From assembly GCA_023129535.1 (NCBI GenBank), contig JAGMBW010000071.1:1-54977 (forward strand): 54,977 nt of DNA. The letters are read 5' to 3'. The position numbers were made by a program, and so were the translations under genes. This document shows, in pieces, positions 1 through 10,589 of the stretch. The notes beneath the pieces are model-generated. The model had not been told where the DNA came from. It did no database searches and saw only the letters and a program-made list of their open reading frames with translations. Source of the DNA: Desulfobacterales bacterium. Lineage in GTDB: Bacteria; Desulfobacterota; Desulfobacteria; Desulfobacterales; C00003060. The stretch's first letter is position 1. Each line of letters opens with the position of its first letter.

Positions 1-26
1 GCGCTACCAGGCTGCGCCACGCCCCG
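1..26 (-). tRNA. 5' fragment of a tRNA running off the window edge (tRNA-Pro-like acceptor and D-arm)
   Basis: Reverse complement of 1-26 reads CGGGGCG-TG-GCGC-AGCCTGGTA-GCGC, a canonical acceptor stem plus D-arm. The anticodon lies outside the window, so the identity is a guess. Confidence 0.5.
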
Positions 27-181
27 TGTTTGTGTTCCGTTTATCATGCCTATTTCATTGATGCAACCGATAATCGGATCTGGGGGCTTGGCCCTTACTT
101 GGAGTATTGGAGTGTTGGAGTATTGGACCGATAGGTTACAAGCTTTTGGCGTAAGGCGCAGGGCGCACGACGAAGAACATT

Positions 182-216
182 TTTTGCCTTTTGCCTTTTG
201 CCTTGTGCCTTTTGCC
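182..216. repeat. (TTTTGCC)5 heptamer array
   Basis: Read directly from the sequence, downstream of the amidase gene. Confidence 0.85.
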
Positions 217-238
217 TTAAGTCTGATCTGTTGAAAGC

Positions 239-1012
239 TCACGGATACCTGGAAAAGTATTCCTCTATTGCTTCGCATATGGCTTCCGCAACAGCGGATA
301 TCACATTGGGCTTCCTGAGATCCTTCTCGTCGGTAGAATGGCTTAGATGACCAATCTCAACTAAGATGGCTGGCATGTCGGCTCCTCGGAGGACCAAACA
401 GGAAGCCTCGCGAATCCCTCTGTCTACAAAACTAATTTTTGCTATCACATGCCTGTGTACAAGTTTTGCCAGGACCTGATTTCTGGCGGTATGCACCTCC
501 TGAATGCAGTCCCAGGGAAGCGGTTTTTCACCCATCTCCCATGATTCCCTCTGCTTATGATAAAATATCACTACCCCGCGGCCCTGGTGTCGAAAGCCAC
601 CCCCAGCATGAATACTGATAAAAATGTCAGCACGGTAATGGTTTGCTACTTCTGTCCGATGTTCAATATCGATCCCGTAATCGTCGTTGCGGGTCAAGTG
701 CACTTCATAGGTCCCCAAAAGAATTTCCTTGATCTTGCGGGCCACTGACAGCGTCACAACCTTTTCGGCCAGGCCGGACGTGCCCACAGCACCCAGGTCG
801 TGCCCCCCGTGCCCAGGGTCTAGCACGATGACTTTTCGGCCCGGGAACTCCTGTGATAGGGATATGGCTCGGGCTACGGATACATTGTTGAAAAACCACG
901 CCAACACCAGCAAGATAGGCCATATCGCGCGTAAAATTATTTGGCCGTATTCCAGTACCTTAGTCATGAAATCTGTAACATCAATTCCCCTTGACAGAAT
1001 TTGATCTTGCAT
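239..1012 (-). CDS. N-acetylmuramoyl-L-alanine amidase (Amidase_3/AmiC-like) with an N-terminal hydrophobic anchor
   Basis: 257-aa ORF with motifs VLDPGHGGHDLGA, IFISIHAGG and ILVEIGHLSH, typical of zinc amidase_3 enzymes. Confidence 0.85.
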   Translation of the reverse strand: MQDQILSRGIDVTDFMTKVLEYGQIILRAIWPILLVLAWFFNNVSVARAISLSQEFPGRKVIVLDPGHGGHDLGAVGTSGLAEKVVTLSVARKIKEILLGTYEVHLTRNDDYGIDIEHRTEVANHYRADIFISIHAGGGFRHQGRGVVIFYHKQRESWEMGEKPLPWDCIQEVHTARNQVLAKLVHRHVIAKISFVDRGIREASCLVLRGADMPAILVEIGHLSHSTDEKDLRKPNVISAVAEAICEAIEEYFSRYP

Positions 1013-1115
1013 TATTTTGCAATACTTGGTAAAGTTATTTATATGTTATAGGAAACAGCCGGTTTATACTTCGCCATAATTATTATCCCTTTTACAGAAA
1101 ATCAATACCCTTTGA

Positions 1116-1203
1116 GCGAGAGTGGCGAAATTGGCAAACGCACTGGACTTAGGATCCAGCTCCTGTTTCGGGATTGGGGGTTCAAGTCCCCCCTCTCGCA
1201 CCA
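1116..1203 (+). tRNA. tRNA-Leu (anticodon TAG) with long variable arm and encoded CCA
   Basis: Acceptor GCGAGAG pairs with CTCTCGC. Anticodon loop is CTTAGGA, T-loop GGTTCAAGTCC, and the variable arm is long. The ORF called at 1112-1309 is an artefact over this tRNA. Confidence 0.9.
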
Positions 1204-1321
1204 ATTGTGTCTATCGTGTTTGTTGCGTTTATTGAGTTCATTGAGTCAAGACCCAACAAACACAACAAACCCGATAAACCCAACAAACACAACGAACACA
1301 ATAGGCTGAGAAAGGAATTTG

Positions 1322-2638
1322 ATGAAGGTAGACGTCGAAGATGTTAGCAGTGTAAAAAAAACTCTGCATGTGGAAATTCCGGAAGCCGATGTGACCGGGG
1401 AACTGGACAAGGCTTATGCGACGCTCAAGAAAAATGTGACGATTAAAGGGTTTCGTCCAGGGAAGGTGCCGCTTTCTATTTTAGAACGGCGTTTCAAAAA
1501 AGATGTACATGCACAAGTTTCTGGTCAGTTGATTCAGGATTCTTACGTCCAGGCACTGCGCGAGACTGAGCTTCTACCCCTTGGTGACCCAATTGTTGAT
1601 CGTCCGGAACTTGAAAGGGGCGAGTCCTATCATTATTCTGCAACCATGGAGGTGCGGCCTCCTATTCAGGAGTTAAACCTCAATGGTCTCAAGCTCAAAA
1701 AGAAGGTGCACAGGGTTAGTGATGAAGAGATTGAGACACAGCTTAAGATCCTCCAGAAAAATCACGCCCTGCTCAAGCGCATTGACGAAGAGCGTCCGGT
1801 TGAAAATGGAGACTCCGTGCTCATAGATTACGAGGGGTTCAAAGATGGCAAAGCCTTTGCGCCTGCTTCCAAGACCGAGAATTTTCTCGTTGAGGTTGGC
1901 TCGGGACGGATATTAAACGATTTTGACCAGCAACTCGTTGGCATGCGGCCCAATATGACCAAGGAATTCCCGGTGCGTTTTCCAACCGATTATTTCAACA
2001 AGGATTTGGCCGGGCTCGACATCACCTTCAAGGTTACCCTTAAGGAGATCAAAGAAGAGATTTTGCCTGAGATAAATGATGAATTTGCAAAGAATTTGGG
2101 GGAACATGAGACGTTAGCACGGCTGAAACAGGCCATTAGAAGCGAATTGGAACGCAGATACGAGACCCAATCCGAACGGGAACTCCGCAACAATATCATT
2201 GACAGGCTATCCGAGCAGGTGGACTTGGAACTTCCGGAGGTTTTGGTTAACCATGAACTGTCTGCTTTGGTCAGGAATGCCCAAAATGCTTTATCGTATG
2301 GAGGGCTGTCTTTGAAGCAGGCAGGTCAGACCGAGGAAAGCCTTTCCAAGCAGTATCGTTCACAGGCAGAAAGGAGGGTGCGAGAGTATCTGCTTTTGCA
2401 GCAGGCGGTTGAGCAGGAGGGAATCACTGCAACAGATGAAATGATGGAACAGGCGTACGAGAAGATGGCCGCGGCCATGAATCAGCCTGCAGCCACGATC
2501 AAGCAATTCCATAACAGCTACAAGGAAGCTTATGAGGTTTTCAAGCAAAGGACCCTTGAGGAACAGGCCATCAAATTGATCATCAATAACAGTACGATTG
2601 AGATGATAGAGACTAACAAGGCAGAATCTTTGGATTGA
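1322..2638 (+). CDS. tig: Trigger factor
   Basis: N-terminus MKVDVEDVSSVKKTLHVEIP and GFRPGKVP, which is the ribosome-binding signature. Sits in the tig-clpP-clpX-lon synteny. An AAAGGAA Shine-Dalgarno site lies upstream of the ATG at 1322; the ORF track starts one codon earlier at a TTG. Confidence 0.95.
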   Translation: MKVDVEDVSSVKKTLHVEIPEADVTGELDKAYATLKKNVTIKGFRPGKVPLSILERRFKKDVHAQVSGQLIQDSYVQALRETELLPLGDPIVDRPELERGESYHYSATMEVRPPIQELNLNGLKLKKKVHRVSDEEIETQLKILQKNHALLKRIDEERPVENGDSVLIDYEGFKDGKAFAPASKTENFLVEVGSGRILNDFDQQLVGMRPNMTKEFPVRFPTDYFNKDLAGLDITFKVTLKEIKEEILPEINDEFAKNLGEHETLARLKQAIRSELERRYETQSERELRNNIIDRLSEQVDLELPEVLVNHELSALVRNAQNALSYGGLSLKQAGQTEESLSKQYRSQAERRVREYLLLQQAVEQEGITATDEMMEQAYEKMAAAMNQPAATIKQFHNSYKEAYEVFKQRTLEEQAIKLIINNSTIEMIETNKAESLD

Positions 2639-2691
2639 CGATTGACGATTGATGATTGAACAAAACAAATCAACAATCGACAATCAACAAT
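2633..2691. repeat. (GATTGAC)n with a partially complementary (CAATCNA)n arm in the tig-clpP spacer
   Basis: The array begins at the tig stop codon. The two arms form an inverted-repeat arrangement. Confidence 0.8.
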
Positions 2692-2716
2692 AGAATAACG
2701 AATAAGGAGACACCTA

Positions 2717-3334
2717 ATGCAGCTTATTCCAATGGTTATTGAGCAGAGCAGTCGAGGGGAACGAGCCTATGACATATATTCGAGGCTACTCAAAGATCGC
2801 ATCATGTTTCTTGGGACGCCCCTGATCGATGAAGTTGCCAATGTTCTGATTGCTCAGTTGCTTTTTCTGGAATCAGAAGACCCGGACAAAGACATCAATT
2901 TCTACATCAATTCCCCCGGTGGTATTGTGAGTGCAGGCCTGGCTATCTATGACACGATGCGCTACGTGAAGCCCGACATATCCACCCTCTGCATGGGCCA
3001 GGCAGCCAGCATGGGTGCCCTGCTGTTGGCCGCGGGAACAGAGGGGAAACGATATGCGCTCCCGAATGCCAGGATTCTGATTCACCAGCCCATGGGTTCA
3101 TTTCAGGGCGCGGCCGCGGATGTGGCCATCCAGGCAAAGGAGATCTTGCGGATGCGAGAGACCTTGAACGATATCCTTGCCTTCCACACCCATCAGGATA
3201 TTGAGACAATTCGCAAGGATACAGACCGCGATTTTTACATGAGCGGCCAGGAGGCCAAGGAGTACAATATTGTGGATCACGTGATCACCCAGCGGAAAGC
3301 TGCCCCGACATTCAAAGACCAGAAAGGTGAATAG
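2717..3334 (+). CDS. clpP: ATP-dependent Clp protease proteolytic subunit
   Basis: Motifs [32 protein letters not shown] (catalytic Ser) and IHQP. GGAGA Shine-Dalgarno site upstream. Confidence 0.97.
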   Translation: MQLIPMVIEQSSRGERAYDIYSRLLKDRIMFLGTPLIDEVANVLIAQLLFLESEDPDKDINFYINSPGGIVSAGLAIYDTMRYVKPDISTLCMGQAASMGALLLAAGTEGKRYALPNARILIHQPMGSFQGAAADVAIQAKEILRMRETLNDILAFHTHQDIETIRKDTDRDFYMSGQEAKEYNIVDHVITQRKAAPTFKDQKGE

Positions 3335-3350
3335 CGGTGTCAGTATAAAT

Positions 3351-3480
3351 GGGCGTCTCGGGATTTCTACAACCTATTGAAATTCCAGCGACTTTAGTCG
3401 AGTAGTTAAATAGTCGAGTTGTCGAGTCGTAAGGCCCTTAAACTACTCGACCAATCAACCACTTGACCACTCGACCAGTT
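3351..3480. repeat. clpP-clpX spacer repeat: TAGTCGAG-type units with a complementary CTCGAC-type arm
   Basis: 3390-3420 is exactly repeated in inverted orientation at about 34128-34160, with about 75 nt of similarity in total. Confidence 0.8.
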
Positions 3481-3606
3481 GCGGAACGAAGTGGAGCTAA
3501 GGGAAATAATTTTTGGATTGCCTTTTCAAAAAATGGTTCTATAATATATTATATGGGCTTTGTCCCAATTCCACAATTTCCACAATTCCATTTTCTGGAG
3601 GAACAC

Positions 3607-4863
3607 ATGGCCAAACGAAGAAACGTCAACGGTTTGCGCTGTTCTTTTTGTGGCAAAAGCCAGGATGAAGTCAAAAAACTGATTGCAGGCCCTGCGGTCT
3701 ATATCTGCGATGAGTGCATAGAACTTTGCAATGAAATCATTGAAGAAGAGTACGAAAAAGAGGGACGAACGCAGAAAAAAGGAGAATTTTGCGCGCCGGC
3801 TGTGATCAAGGATTTTCTGGATCAGTATGTGATTGAGCAGGAACGGGCCAAGAAGATCCTGGCGGTCGCTGTTCACAACCATTACAAGCGCCTTGAGACA
3901 TCGGTGAACACGGCTGATGTGGAGCTACAGAAGAGCAATGTTGTTCTGATCGGGCCCACCGGCTGCGGGAAAACACTTATGGCCCAGACGCTGGCCAAGT
4001 TTCTTGACGTCCCGTTTACAATTGCAGATGCGACATCCTTGACCGAAGCGGGATATGTGGGAGAAGATGTTGAAAATATTATCCTGTCGCTCCTTCAGAA
4101 TGCTGATTACGATCTGGAAAGGACCTCCAGGGGGATTGTCTACATTGATGAAATCGACAAAATTGCGCGCAAAGGGGACAACCCATCCATTACCCGCGAT
4201 GTCTCAGGTGAAGGGGTGCAGCAGGCACTTCTCAAGATTATTGAAGGGACGACTGCCAGTGTTCCACCCAAGGGAGGGCGAAAGCATCCGCAGCAGGATT
4301 TTCTCAAAGTTGACACCTCCAATATCTTATTCATATGTGGCGGGACCTTTAACGGGCTGGAGGAGATCATACAGCACAGAATGGGTGGCAAGGTGATGGG
4401 CTTTGGGGCTGATATCCGGAGTCGAAAGGAGCGAAACATCGGTGAGATACTCCAGATGGTTCAGCCTGAAGACCTCATAAAATTCGGTCTGATCCCTGAA
4501 TTTGTGGGGCGGATTCCCGTGATTGCCACCCTGGGCGAACTGAACGAAACAGCCCTGGTCAGGATACTCACAGAACCGATAAATGCCCTGGTGAAGCAGT
4601 TCCAGAAGCTCTTTGAGTTAGAAAATGTGGCCCTTCGCTTTACGGATAGCGCCTTGAAGGCTATTGGCAAAAAATCTTTGGAGCGTAAATCTGGGGCGCG
4701 AGGTCTTAGGGCTATCATGGAATCGGCCATGCTTGACATCATGTATGAGATTCCTTCCATGGATGGGGCCAAGGAATGCGTCATCAACGAGGAGGTTATT
4801 TTGAACAACGAGCAGCCCATGTTGCTCTTCGAGCAATCCCGGGAAAGGGCTCTGTCTTCATGA
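3607..4863 (+). CDS. clpX: ATP-dependent Clp protease ATP-binding subunit ClpX
   Basis: Zinc ribbon CSFCGK...CDECI, Walker A GPTGCGKT, Walker [10 protein letters not shown]. The ATG at 3607 follows GGAGGA. The upstream ORF extension (3463-3606) runs through the repeat spacer and is rejected. Confidence 0.95.
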   Translation: MAKRRNVNGLRCSFCGKSQDEVKKLIAGPAVYICDECIELCNEIIEEEYEKEGRTQKKGEFCAPAVIKDFLDQYVIEQERAKKILAVAVHNHYKRLETSVNTADVELQKSNVVLIGPTGCGKTLMAQTLAKFLDVPFTIADATSLTEAGYVGEDVENIILSLLQNADYDLERTSRGIVYIDEIDKIARKGDNPSITRDVSGEGVQQALLKIIEGTTASVPPKGGRKHPQQDFLKVDTSNILFICGGTFNGLEEIIQHRMGGKVMGFGADIRSRKERNIGEILQMVQPEDLIKFGLIPEFVGRIPVIATLGELNETALVRILTEPINALVKQFQKLFELENVALRFTDSALKAIGKKSLERKSGARGLRAIMESAMLDIMYEIPSMDGAKECVINEEVILNNEQPMLLFEQSRERALSS

Positions 4864-4895
4864 CCATGTTTAACATAACGAAATGGAAGAAACCA

Positions 4896-7313
4896 ATGAG
4901 TGATCCAAAACAGAAGCTTTCTCTTCCCCTCCTTCCGCTCCGGGATGTCGTGGTCTTCCCTCACATGGTGGTTCCCCTTTTCGTAGGGCGTTCCAAGTCC
5001 GTCAATTCCTTGTCGAACGCCATGAACCTGGACAAGAGGATCTTCCTGGCCACCCAGAAGAATGCTGGAGCAGACTCGCCGGGCGAAAAGGATATATATA
5101 GCGTGGGGACAATTGGGACGGTGCTCCAACTGCTCAGGCTTCCTGACGGAACGGTGAAGGCACTGGTGGAAGGTGAAAAGCGGGCTCGTATAACCCGCTT
5201 CAGTGACAGAGAAAAACATCAAGTAGTTGAGATTGAGCCGATTGTCGAAGCGCAAGTAACACAGGCGGAAAGTGAGGCCATTACCCGAACGGTTCTGGAG
5301 ATGTTTGAAGAATATGCCAGGATTAAGAAAAGCATCTCAAGGGATCTCATAAATAACATATCCTCTATCAGTGATGTATCTCAACTCGCTGATACCGTAG
5401 CGGCTCACTTCAATTTCAGGATTCCCGATAAGCAGCGTTTGCTTGAATCTGTCCCGCCAATAGAGCGCATGACCCTCCTTTTCCGTTTGATGCACGACGA
5501 AATTGAAATCTACAAAACGGAGCAGAGAATCAAAGGACGGGTGAAGAAGCAGATGGAAAAGACGCAGAGGGACTATTATCTTAATGAACAGATGCGTGCC
5601 ATCCAGAAAGAGATGGGGACCAAGGACGATTATAAAAGCGAGCTGGATGAGCTGGAGAGCCGGATCAAACGCAAACGAATGTCCAGGGAAGGGGCTGCAA
5701 AGGTAAGACAAGAATTCAAAAAGCTTAAACTCATGGCGCCCATGTCGGCAGAGGGGACAGTGGTGAGAAATTACATTGAATGGCTCATCAATCTCCCCTG
5801 GTTTGAGCGAAGCAAGCTTCAGATGAATATTGATAAGGCGGAAGCTATCCTGGAAAAAGACCACTATGGCCTCGACAAACCCAAAGAGCGCATCCTGGAG
5901 TATTTAGCTGTGCAAAAGCTGGTGAAGAAGATACGAGGCCCGATCCTCTGTTTTGTGGGTCCGCCTGGGGTTGGAAAGACCTCTTTGGCAAAATCGGTGG
6001 CGCGGGCCACAGGGCGAACACTTGCCCGGCTTTCCCTGGGTGGGGTCAGGGATGAGGCCGAGATCCGAGGACATCGACGTACTTATATTGGAGCCATGCC
6101 TGGCAAGATCATTCAGTCTCTCAAGAAAGCCAGGGTGAACAACCCCGTTTTTTGTCTGGACGAAGTGGATAAGATGAGTGTCGATTTTCGAGGCGACCCC
6201 TCAGCGGCCCTGCTTGAAGTCCTTGATCCTGAACAAAATTTTGCCTTTAATGACCACTACCTGGATGTGGACTATGATCTTTCCGATATTCTTTTCATCA
6301 CCACGGCTAACAACCTCCACGGCATACCACTTCCCCTCCAGGACCGCATGGAGATTATTCGATTGCCTGGATACACTGAGCATGAAAAACTTCAGATAGC
6401 CGAGGGTTTTTTGGTTCCCAAACAGACCGACACGAACGGCTTATCCAAAGAAAACATCCAGTTCACCAAGAACGCTATTCAGACAATTATCGGTCGTTAT
6501 ACCCGCGAAGCCGGTGTGCGGAATCTTGAGCGCGAAATTGCCTCTGTGTGCCGGAAGGTCGCCCGTGAGGTCGCGAAAGAGGACGGGAAAAAGTGTCTCA
6601 AGATAACAGCCCAGTCCATACAAAAATACCTGGGTGTGCCCGGGTTCCGGTACGGGCAGCTTGAAGAAAGGGACGAAATCGGTCTGGCTACGGGCCTGGC
6701 CTGGACACAGGTAGGCGGAGAGCTCCTTGCCATTGAGACGGTCATTATGCCCGGAAAGGGAAAGCTTACAGTCACGGGAAAGTTAGGGGAAGTTATGCAG
6801 GAATCTGCCCAGGCTGCCTTGAGCTATGTGCGGTCCAGGGCAGAGAGGCTTGGCCTAAAAAAGCATTTTTATAGAAGTGTAGATATCCATGTCCACGTAC
6901 CCGAAGGGGCCACGCCAAAGGATGGCCCATCAGCAGGTATAACCATGGCAACGTCTATTGTATCTGCGCTGATCAAAAGGCCGGTTTGGCGTGATCTGGC
7001 CATGACCGGGGAAATTACCCTTCGGGGTCGTATTCTGCCTATTGGAGGGCTAAAGGAGAAGATCCTGGCGGCCCACCGAGGAGGGATATCTCAGGTCATC
7101 ATTCCTGATGAAAACTGCAAGGATTTGAAAGAAATTCCCGCAAAGATCCTGAAACAGATCGAGGTGATTACCGCAACCCACATGGATGATGTCTTGTCTC
7201 GTGCCATCATTTTGACACCCGGCGAGACGCTTTTTAAAGAAGAGGATGAGGTCATTCCCCCAGAGTTGATTCCCAGGGGGGAAGAGGCAATAAGACCCCT
7301 TCGAGTCAACTAA
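4896..7313 (+). CDS. lon: ATP-dependent Lon protease
   Basis: [23 protein letters not shown] at the N-terminus, Walker [10 protein letters not shown], catalytic PKDGPSAGI. The start is uncertain (in-frame ATGs at 4860, 4866 and 4896); 4896 was chosen because GGAAGA lies upstream. Confidence 0.95.
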   Translation: MSDPKQKLSLPLLPLRDVVVFPHMVVPLFVGRSKSVNSLSNAMNLDKRIFLATQKNAGADSPGEKDIYSVGTIGTVLQLLRLPDGTVKALVEGEKRARITRFSDREKHQVVEIEPIVEAQVTQAESEAITRTVLEMFEEYARIKKSISRDLINNISSISDVSQLADTVAAHFNFRIPDKQRLLESVPPIERMTLLFRLMHDEIEIYKTEQRIKGRVKKQMEKTQRDYYLNEQMRAIQKEMGTKDDYKSELDELESRIKRKRMSREGAAKVRQEFKKLKLMAPMSAEGTVVRNYIEWLINLPWFERSKLQMNIDKAEAILEKDHYGLDKPKERILEYLAVQKLVKKIRGPILCFVGPPGVGKTSLAKSVARATGRTLARLSLGGVRDEAEIRGHRRTYIGAMPGKIIQSLKKARVNNPVFCLDEVDKMSVDFRGDPSAALLEVLDPEQNFAFNDHYLDVDYDLSDILFITTANNLHGIPLPLQDRMEIIRLPGYTEHEKLQIAEGFLVPKQTDTNGLSKENIQFTKNAIQTIIGRYTREAGVRNLEREIASVCRKVAREVAKEDGKKCLKITAQSIQKYLGVPGFRYGQLEERDEIGLATGLAWTQVGGELLAIETVIMPGKGKLTVTGKLGEVMQESAQAALSYVRSRAERLGLKKHFYRSVDIHVHVPEGATPKDGPSAGITMATSIVSALIKRPVWRDLAMTGEITLRGRILPIGGLKEKILAAHRGGISQVIIPDENCKDLKEIPAKILKQIEVITATHMDDVLSRAIILTPGETLFKEEDEVIPPELIPRGEEAIRPLRVN

Positions 7314-7370
7314 GGACCAGTGCGCATTTTGCTTGACATGTGTGTGCTTCTTGGTTATTCGATGGCGGAT

Positions 7371-7441
7371 AGGGCAAAGCGCATAGCGCATAGCGTTTTC
7401 TTGCTTTATGGTTTATGCGCTTTGCTCTATGCGCTATGCGC
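7371..7441. repeat. (GCGCATA)n / (TATGCGC)n inverted heptamer arms after lon
   Basis: GCAAAGCGCATAGCGCATAGCG ... TATGCGCTTTGCTCTATGCGCTATGCGC. Confidence 0.8.
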
Positions 7442-7462
7442 TTATACGATTAACCCCTTTGG

Positions 7463-7538
7463 GGGCGGGTAGCTCAGTTGGGAGAGCATCGGCCTTACAA
7501 GCCGGAGGTCACAGGTTCAAGCCCTGTTCCGCCTACCA
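7463..7538 (+). tRNA. tRNA-Val (anticodon TAC), CCA encoded
   Basis: GGGCGGG acceptor, D-arm GCTCAGTTGGGAGAGC, anticodon loop CTTACAA, T-arm ACAGGTTCAAGCCCTGT. Confidence 0.9.
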
Positions 7539-7602
7539 GAAATAGCTTATCACTATTAGTGGCTATTGGCTAATAGCTAAATGTAAAACCGAAGGTTTTT
7601 TT

Positions 7603-7681
7603 GGGGGCGTAGTTCAGTTTGGTTTAGAACGCCGGCCTGTCACGCCGGAGGTCGCGAGTTCGAGTCTCGTCGTCCCCGCCA
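7603..7681 (+). tRNA. tRNA-Asp (anticodon GTC), CCA encoded
   Basis: GGGGGCG acceptor, anticodon loop CTGTCAC, T-loop GTTCGAGTC. The integrase gene lies immediately 3', a classic integration target. Confidence 0.9.
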
Positions 7682-7690
7682 GGAATATCA

Positions 7691-7722
7691 AAGGGTTAGC
7701 TTTCATGGCTAACCCTTTTTCG
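7691..7722. terminator. Rho-independent style hairpin after tRNA-Asp, overlapping the integrase stop
   Basis: AAGGGTTAGC-TTTCATG-GCTAACCCTT followed by a T-run. Confidence 0.6.
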
Positions 7723-8806
7723 TTTCACTGCGGGAAAAACTGCGGGAATTTTTCGGGAGATTTTCGAGCTTGTCGAGTTCGAGAAGCTTCATCACGTCTC
7801 GTGTGTCTGTGTAATTCCCCTCCACATAAATCTCTGTCGTGGTCTGCCTTCTGTGCCGGAGGACTTGCTGTACTTTTTTCAGGCCGACCTTCTGTAGGTC
7901 GTTCAAATACTTCGCCACTGTGTGCCTGATGTCATGGTAACCGAAAGACTCAACATCCGCCAGTTTGCAAAGGGTCTTTAAAGTCTTACGCCTTTCACCG
8001 AAAGGTTTGCCATAGAATTTGCTCTTCGGGTTCATGTGGCAAAATACGTACGGGCTGGTGGGGTGGCGGTGCTTCCACTGCCACATCAGGAGCTGGTAGA
8101 GGTCGTCGTTCATCCAGAGTTTTTCGTACCTCATTTCCCCTGACTTATTCTTCTTTGTACCGAGCCTGGCCCACCTTTCTTCGAAATTGATATCATCGGC
8201 CCAGGTCCATCTCAGGATCTCACCCTTTCTCGCACCGGTATGCCAGTACGACCCCATTAATACCCTGTCATGGCCCTGGGCCACAAGCATGACCTTAAGG
8301 ATGTCTTGGATGGGAATCAATCTCCGTGCTTTCTTAGAGTGAGGTTTCTTTTTGATTGGAGCTGTGGGGTCATACATTATGCTGTACATGTCCTGGACCC
8401 AACCATAAAACGCCCTGAGATTCTTCCTGTCCTTGTTGGCTGCGTTGTTGCTCTGGGTCTCGGCACGATTGTTGATGAAATGCAGAATCGTGCGGGGTTC
8501 AATAGAAGTCACATCAACATCTCCGACATGTTCGTAAAACCGTTCCAAACAGTATCGCTTTTCGTCGAAGGTTTTCTTGTCATAGTTGATTTTGGAGTCA
8601 CCAAGATATTCCTGGGAAAGCCTCCAGAAAAATAGATCGTTACCTTGGGAAGAAGATTTCTGAGGTTTCTCGCTCAGACGGGCTTTTTCTTGCTTTATCC
8701 ACTGTCTTGCCTCGTCTTTGTATTGGAAGAACCCTCTGGCCATTATTCTCTCGCCCTTCAGCTCGAACTCGGCCCGCCAGCCCCATTTGCTCTTCCAGAT
8801 AGCCAT
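7709..8806 (-). CDS. Tyrosine-type site-specific integrase
   Basis: C-terminal catalytic motifs HTGARKGE, HDIRHTVAKYL and LRHRRQTTTEIY (the R-H-R-Y set). The ATG at 8806 is preceded by GAGGAGGG. N-terminus is MAIWKSKWGWRAEF. Confidence 0.9.
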   Translation of the reverse strand: MAIWKSKWGWRAEFELKGERIMARGFFQYKDEARQWIKQEKARLSEKPQKSSSQGNDLFFWRLSQEYLGDSKINYDKKTFDEKRYCLERFYEHVGDVDVTSIEPRTILHFINNRAETQSNNAANKDRKNLRAFYGWVQDMYSIMYDPTAPIKKKPHSKKARRLIPIQDILKVMLVAQGHDRVLMGSYWHTGARKGEILRWTWADDINFEERWARLGTKKNKSGEMRYEKLWMNDDLYQLLMWQWKHRHPTSPYVFCHMNPKSKFYGKPFGERRKTLKTLCKLADVESFGYHDIRHTVAKYLNDLQKVGLKKVQQVLRHRRQTTTEIYVEGNYTDTRDVMKLLELDKLENLPKNSRSFSRSETKKG

Positions 8807-9023
8807 ACAAAGCCCTCCTCGTAGTACGCCAGGATCCACCTACTTTTGCGGCAGGCAATATCTTGCGGCGCATTAACGCCCTGACTGTTTCAGGAGCAAG
8901 GGATAATTCGTTTGCCACCTGTTCCGGCGTAAGTATAGCGTTGTCTTGTTTCCCAGTCAATTTCAAAGGAAACCTACCAAATTGGGATAAACATTTTCTC
9001 TTTTCAGTGTACCAGTAGAGCAA
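8640..9023 (-). CDS. Excisionase-family (MerR/Xis-like) helix-turn-helix protein; start uncertain
   Basis: ILTPEQVANELSLAPETVRALMRRKILPAAKVGGSWR is a typical Xis HTH. The ATG called at 9023 lies inside a -24/-12 promoter-like element, so a downstream TTG (about 8966 or 8960) is more likely. The 3' tail overlaps int by about 166 nt in another frame. Confidence 0.55.
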   Translation of the reverse strand: MLYWYTEKRKCLSQFGRFPLKLTGKQDNAILTPEQVANELSLAPETVRALMRRKILPAAKVGGSWRTTRRALYGYLEEQMGLAGRVRAEGRENNGQRVLPIQRRGKTVDKARKSPSERETSEIFFPR

Positions 9024-9034
9024 GTGCTGTGCCG
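9019..9034 (-). promoter_or_regulatory. Sigma-54 type -24/-12 element (CGGCAC-N5-TTGCT) upstream of xis
   Basis: The minus strand reads CGGCACAGCACTTGCT with correct GG-N10-GC spacing. It sits in the same position as the better element at 25832-25847, downstream of the 12-mer block. Confidence 0.4.
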
Positions 9035-9120
9035 TATTTGGTAAGCTGTAGAAATCACAGGGATTGTATGCAGAGAAGGCAAGTTGGAGGGGGCATAAGG
9101 CGTGAAATTTTCGAGGATCA

Positions 9121-9390
9121 GGTTCCGATAAAATCGTAACCAGTGAAATTTATTAACAATTAAGAGGTTCCGATAAAACAAGACGAGGTTCCGATAAAAT
9201 GCCGTGAAATTTCCAAGGGTTACACGCCATAAGGGAAGGCTAAGTTGTTGTAAGGTTCCGATAAACCTGTAAGCTATGGAATTTTCAGGAAATTGATAGG
9301 TTCCGATAAAATTGGGATAGGTTCCGATAAAATTGGGTGTAGTTTCAGTGGGTTACAATAAATAGAGGAATCATGAGGTTCCGATAAAAT
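9121..9390 (+). repeat. Left block of 7 direct copies of the 12-mer GGTTCCGATAAA (putative enhancer or operator array)
   Basis: Copies start at 9121, 9166, 9187, 9254, 9299, 9320 and 9377, with spacings of 45/21/67/45/21/57. The block is collinear with 25921-26190 at an offset of exactly 16800 nt for at least six copies. Confidence 0.85.
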
Positions 9391-10589
9391 GGATTAAGCA
9401 TCATATATGCTTTAATTGCCTGCGCTTAGCCATATCAGACCATCCACGTGGTTGTTCAAAGCTACGAGGGCGTTATAGCAGAGGTTGGCCGTGGTACCTG
9501 ATTTATACAAGGATGGATAAAGAGGATAGAACTGTCCTGGATGTTGGATGATTTCAGCCCCGATCCTCACACTACTTTTGATTAGGGCGACGTCGTGGGC
9601 GGTGGCGGGCCGCTTACGCGTGCTGGGAGATGCCAGGTTGTAAAAGGTATAGATTGGGTGGCGGAGCGGGGAGTGAGCTAGGCCGGAACGGCCAGCGACA
9701 AGCCCGTGCGGTGGGTGGGGCACGGGTTGCCAGGATACCAGCAAAGAGATGGCCGGCAAGAATCAAGCTTGAAACCGCAGCCTCGGTTTTTGTGTTTATA
9801 GGACGTTTTGGAACCCTCGTGCGAGTGATGAGTTCGCGGGTTCAGTGTGGCGACCTCCATCAGCGAGGATGTTTTGCAAATCCCTTGTCAGTGTTGATTT
9901 TGCGGCGTTGCGACAGTTTCTGTCCGTTAGGACGTTTTGTAACCCCTTTGCCAGTGTTGATTTTGCGGCGTTGTGGCGATCCTTGTCAGTCAGGAGGTAT
10001 TTTGAGTGTCGATTGTAGATTGCGAGGCTGGGTTTCTGGGCAGTGTATCGGGCTGAAGTGGAGCACCGGGTTTACCAGGTGATGCGGAGCGAAAGACCGC
10101 TACTCTGCCCTGGGGGAGGAGGATTTGGGGAGCCCCTGGGGGCAGAGGGGAAGCGTGGAGTGTCAGGGTGCAGCGAAGCAGTTTTTTCGCTGAGGTGCAC
10201 GCTGACTCTTCACGCGGGGTGGCGGGGGATATTCCCCCTGGAGGGGGCAGGGGGTGAATAGATAGGGCGTAGGGTGCGCCGGTGTTTTGTCTCCCCCCTG
10301 ACTTAAAAATTTAGTTGCGAAAGCAGGCGTGTGACGAATGCGGTGAGCGAAGCGAATGAGCCACCTTAGTCTGGCCGTAGCGCGGGTGAGCCAAAGGGAT
10401 GGCGCGCCCTGTGCCCGAAAAAAATCGCCCCAAACGACAAAAATGATGCCACCACTAAAGTGAGGGGCTTTTTTCGGAAAGCACAGGGCGTGACAGACCG
10501 ACGTGAACACGGAGAAGCGGAGGCCAGGTGAAAAAGAGGGGGGTTGTCAGGGGGGAGAAAAAATGCAGCACCCGGAGCCCCTTCCTTTT

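Noticed and set aside
4461-5255. 264-aa minus-strand ORF, together with 5337-5864, 37592-38311, 38789-39352, 47054-47572 and 16490-16912.
   Set aside because: They are antisense to strongly supported genes (clpX/lon, ArsA, Hsp70, PLD nuclease). They have no recognisable motifs and are typical shadow ORFs.
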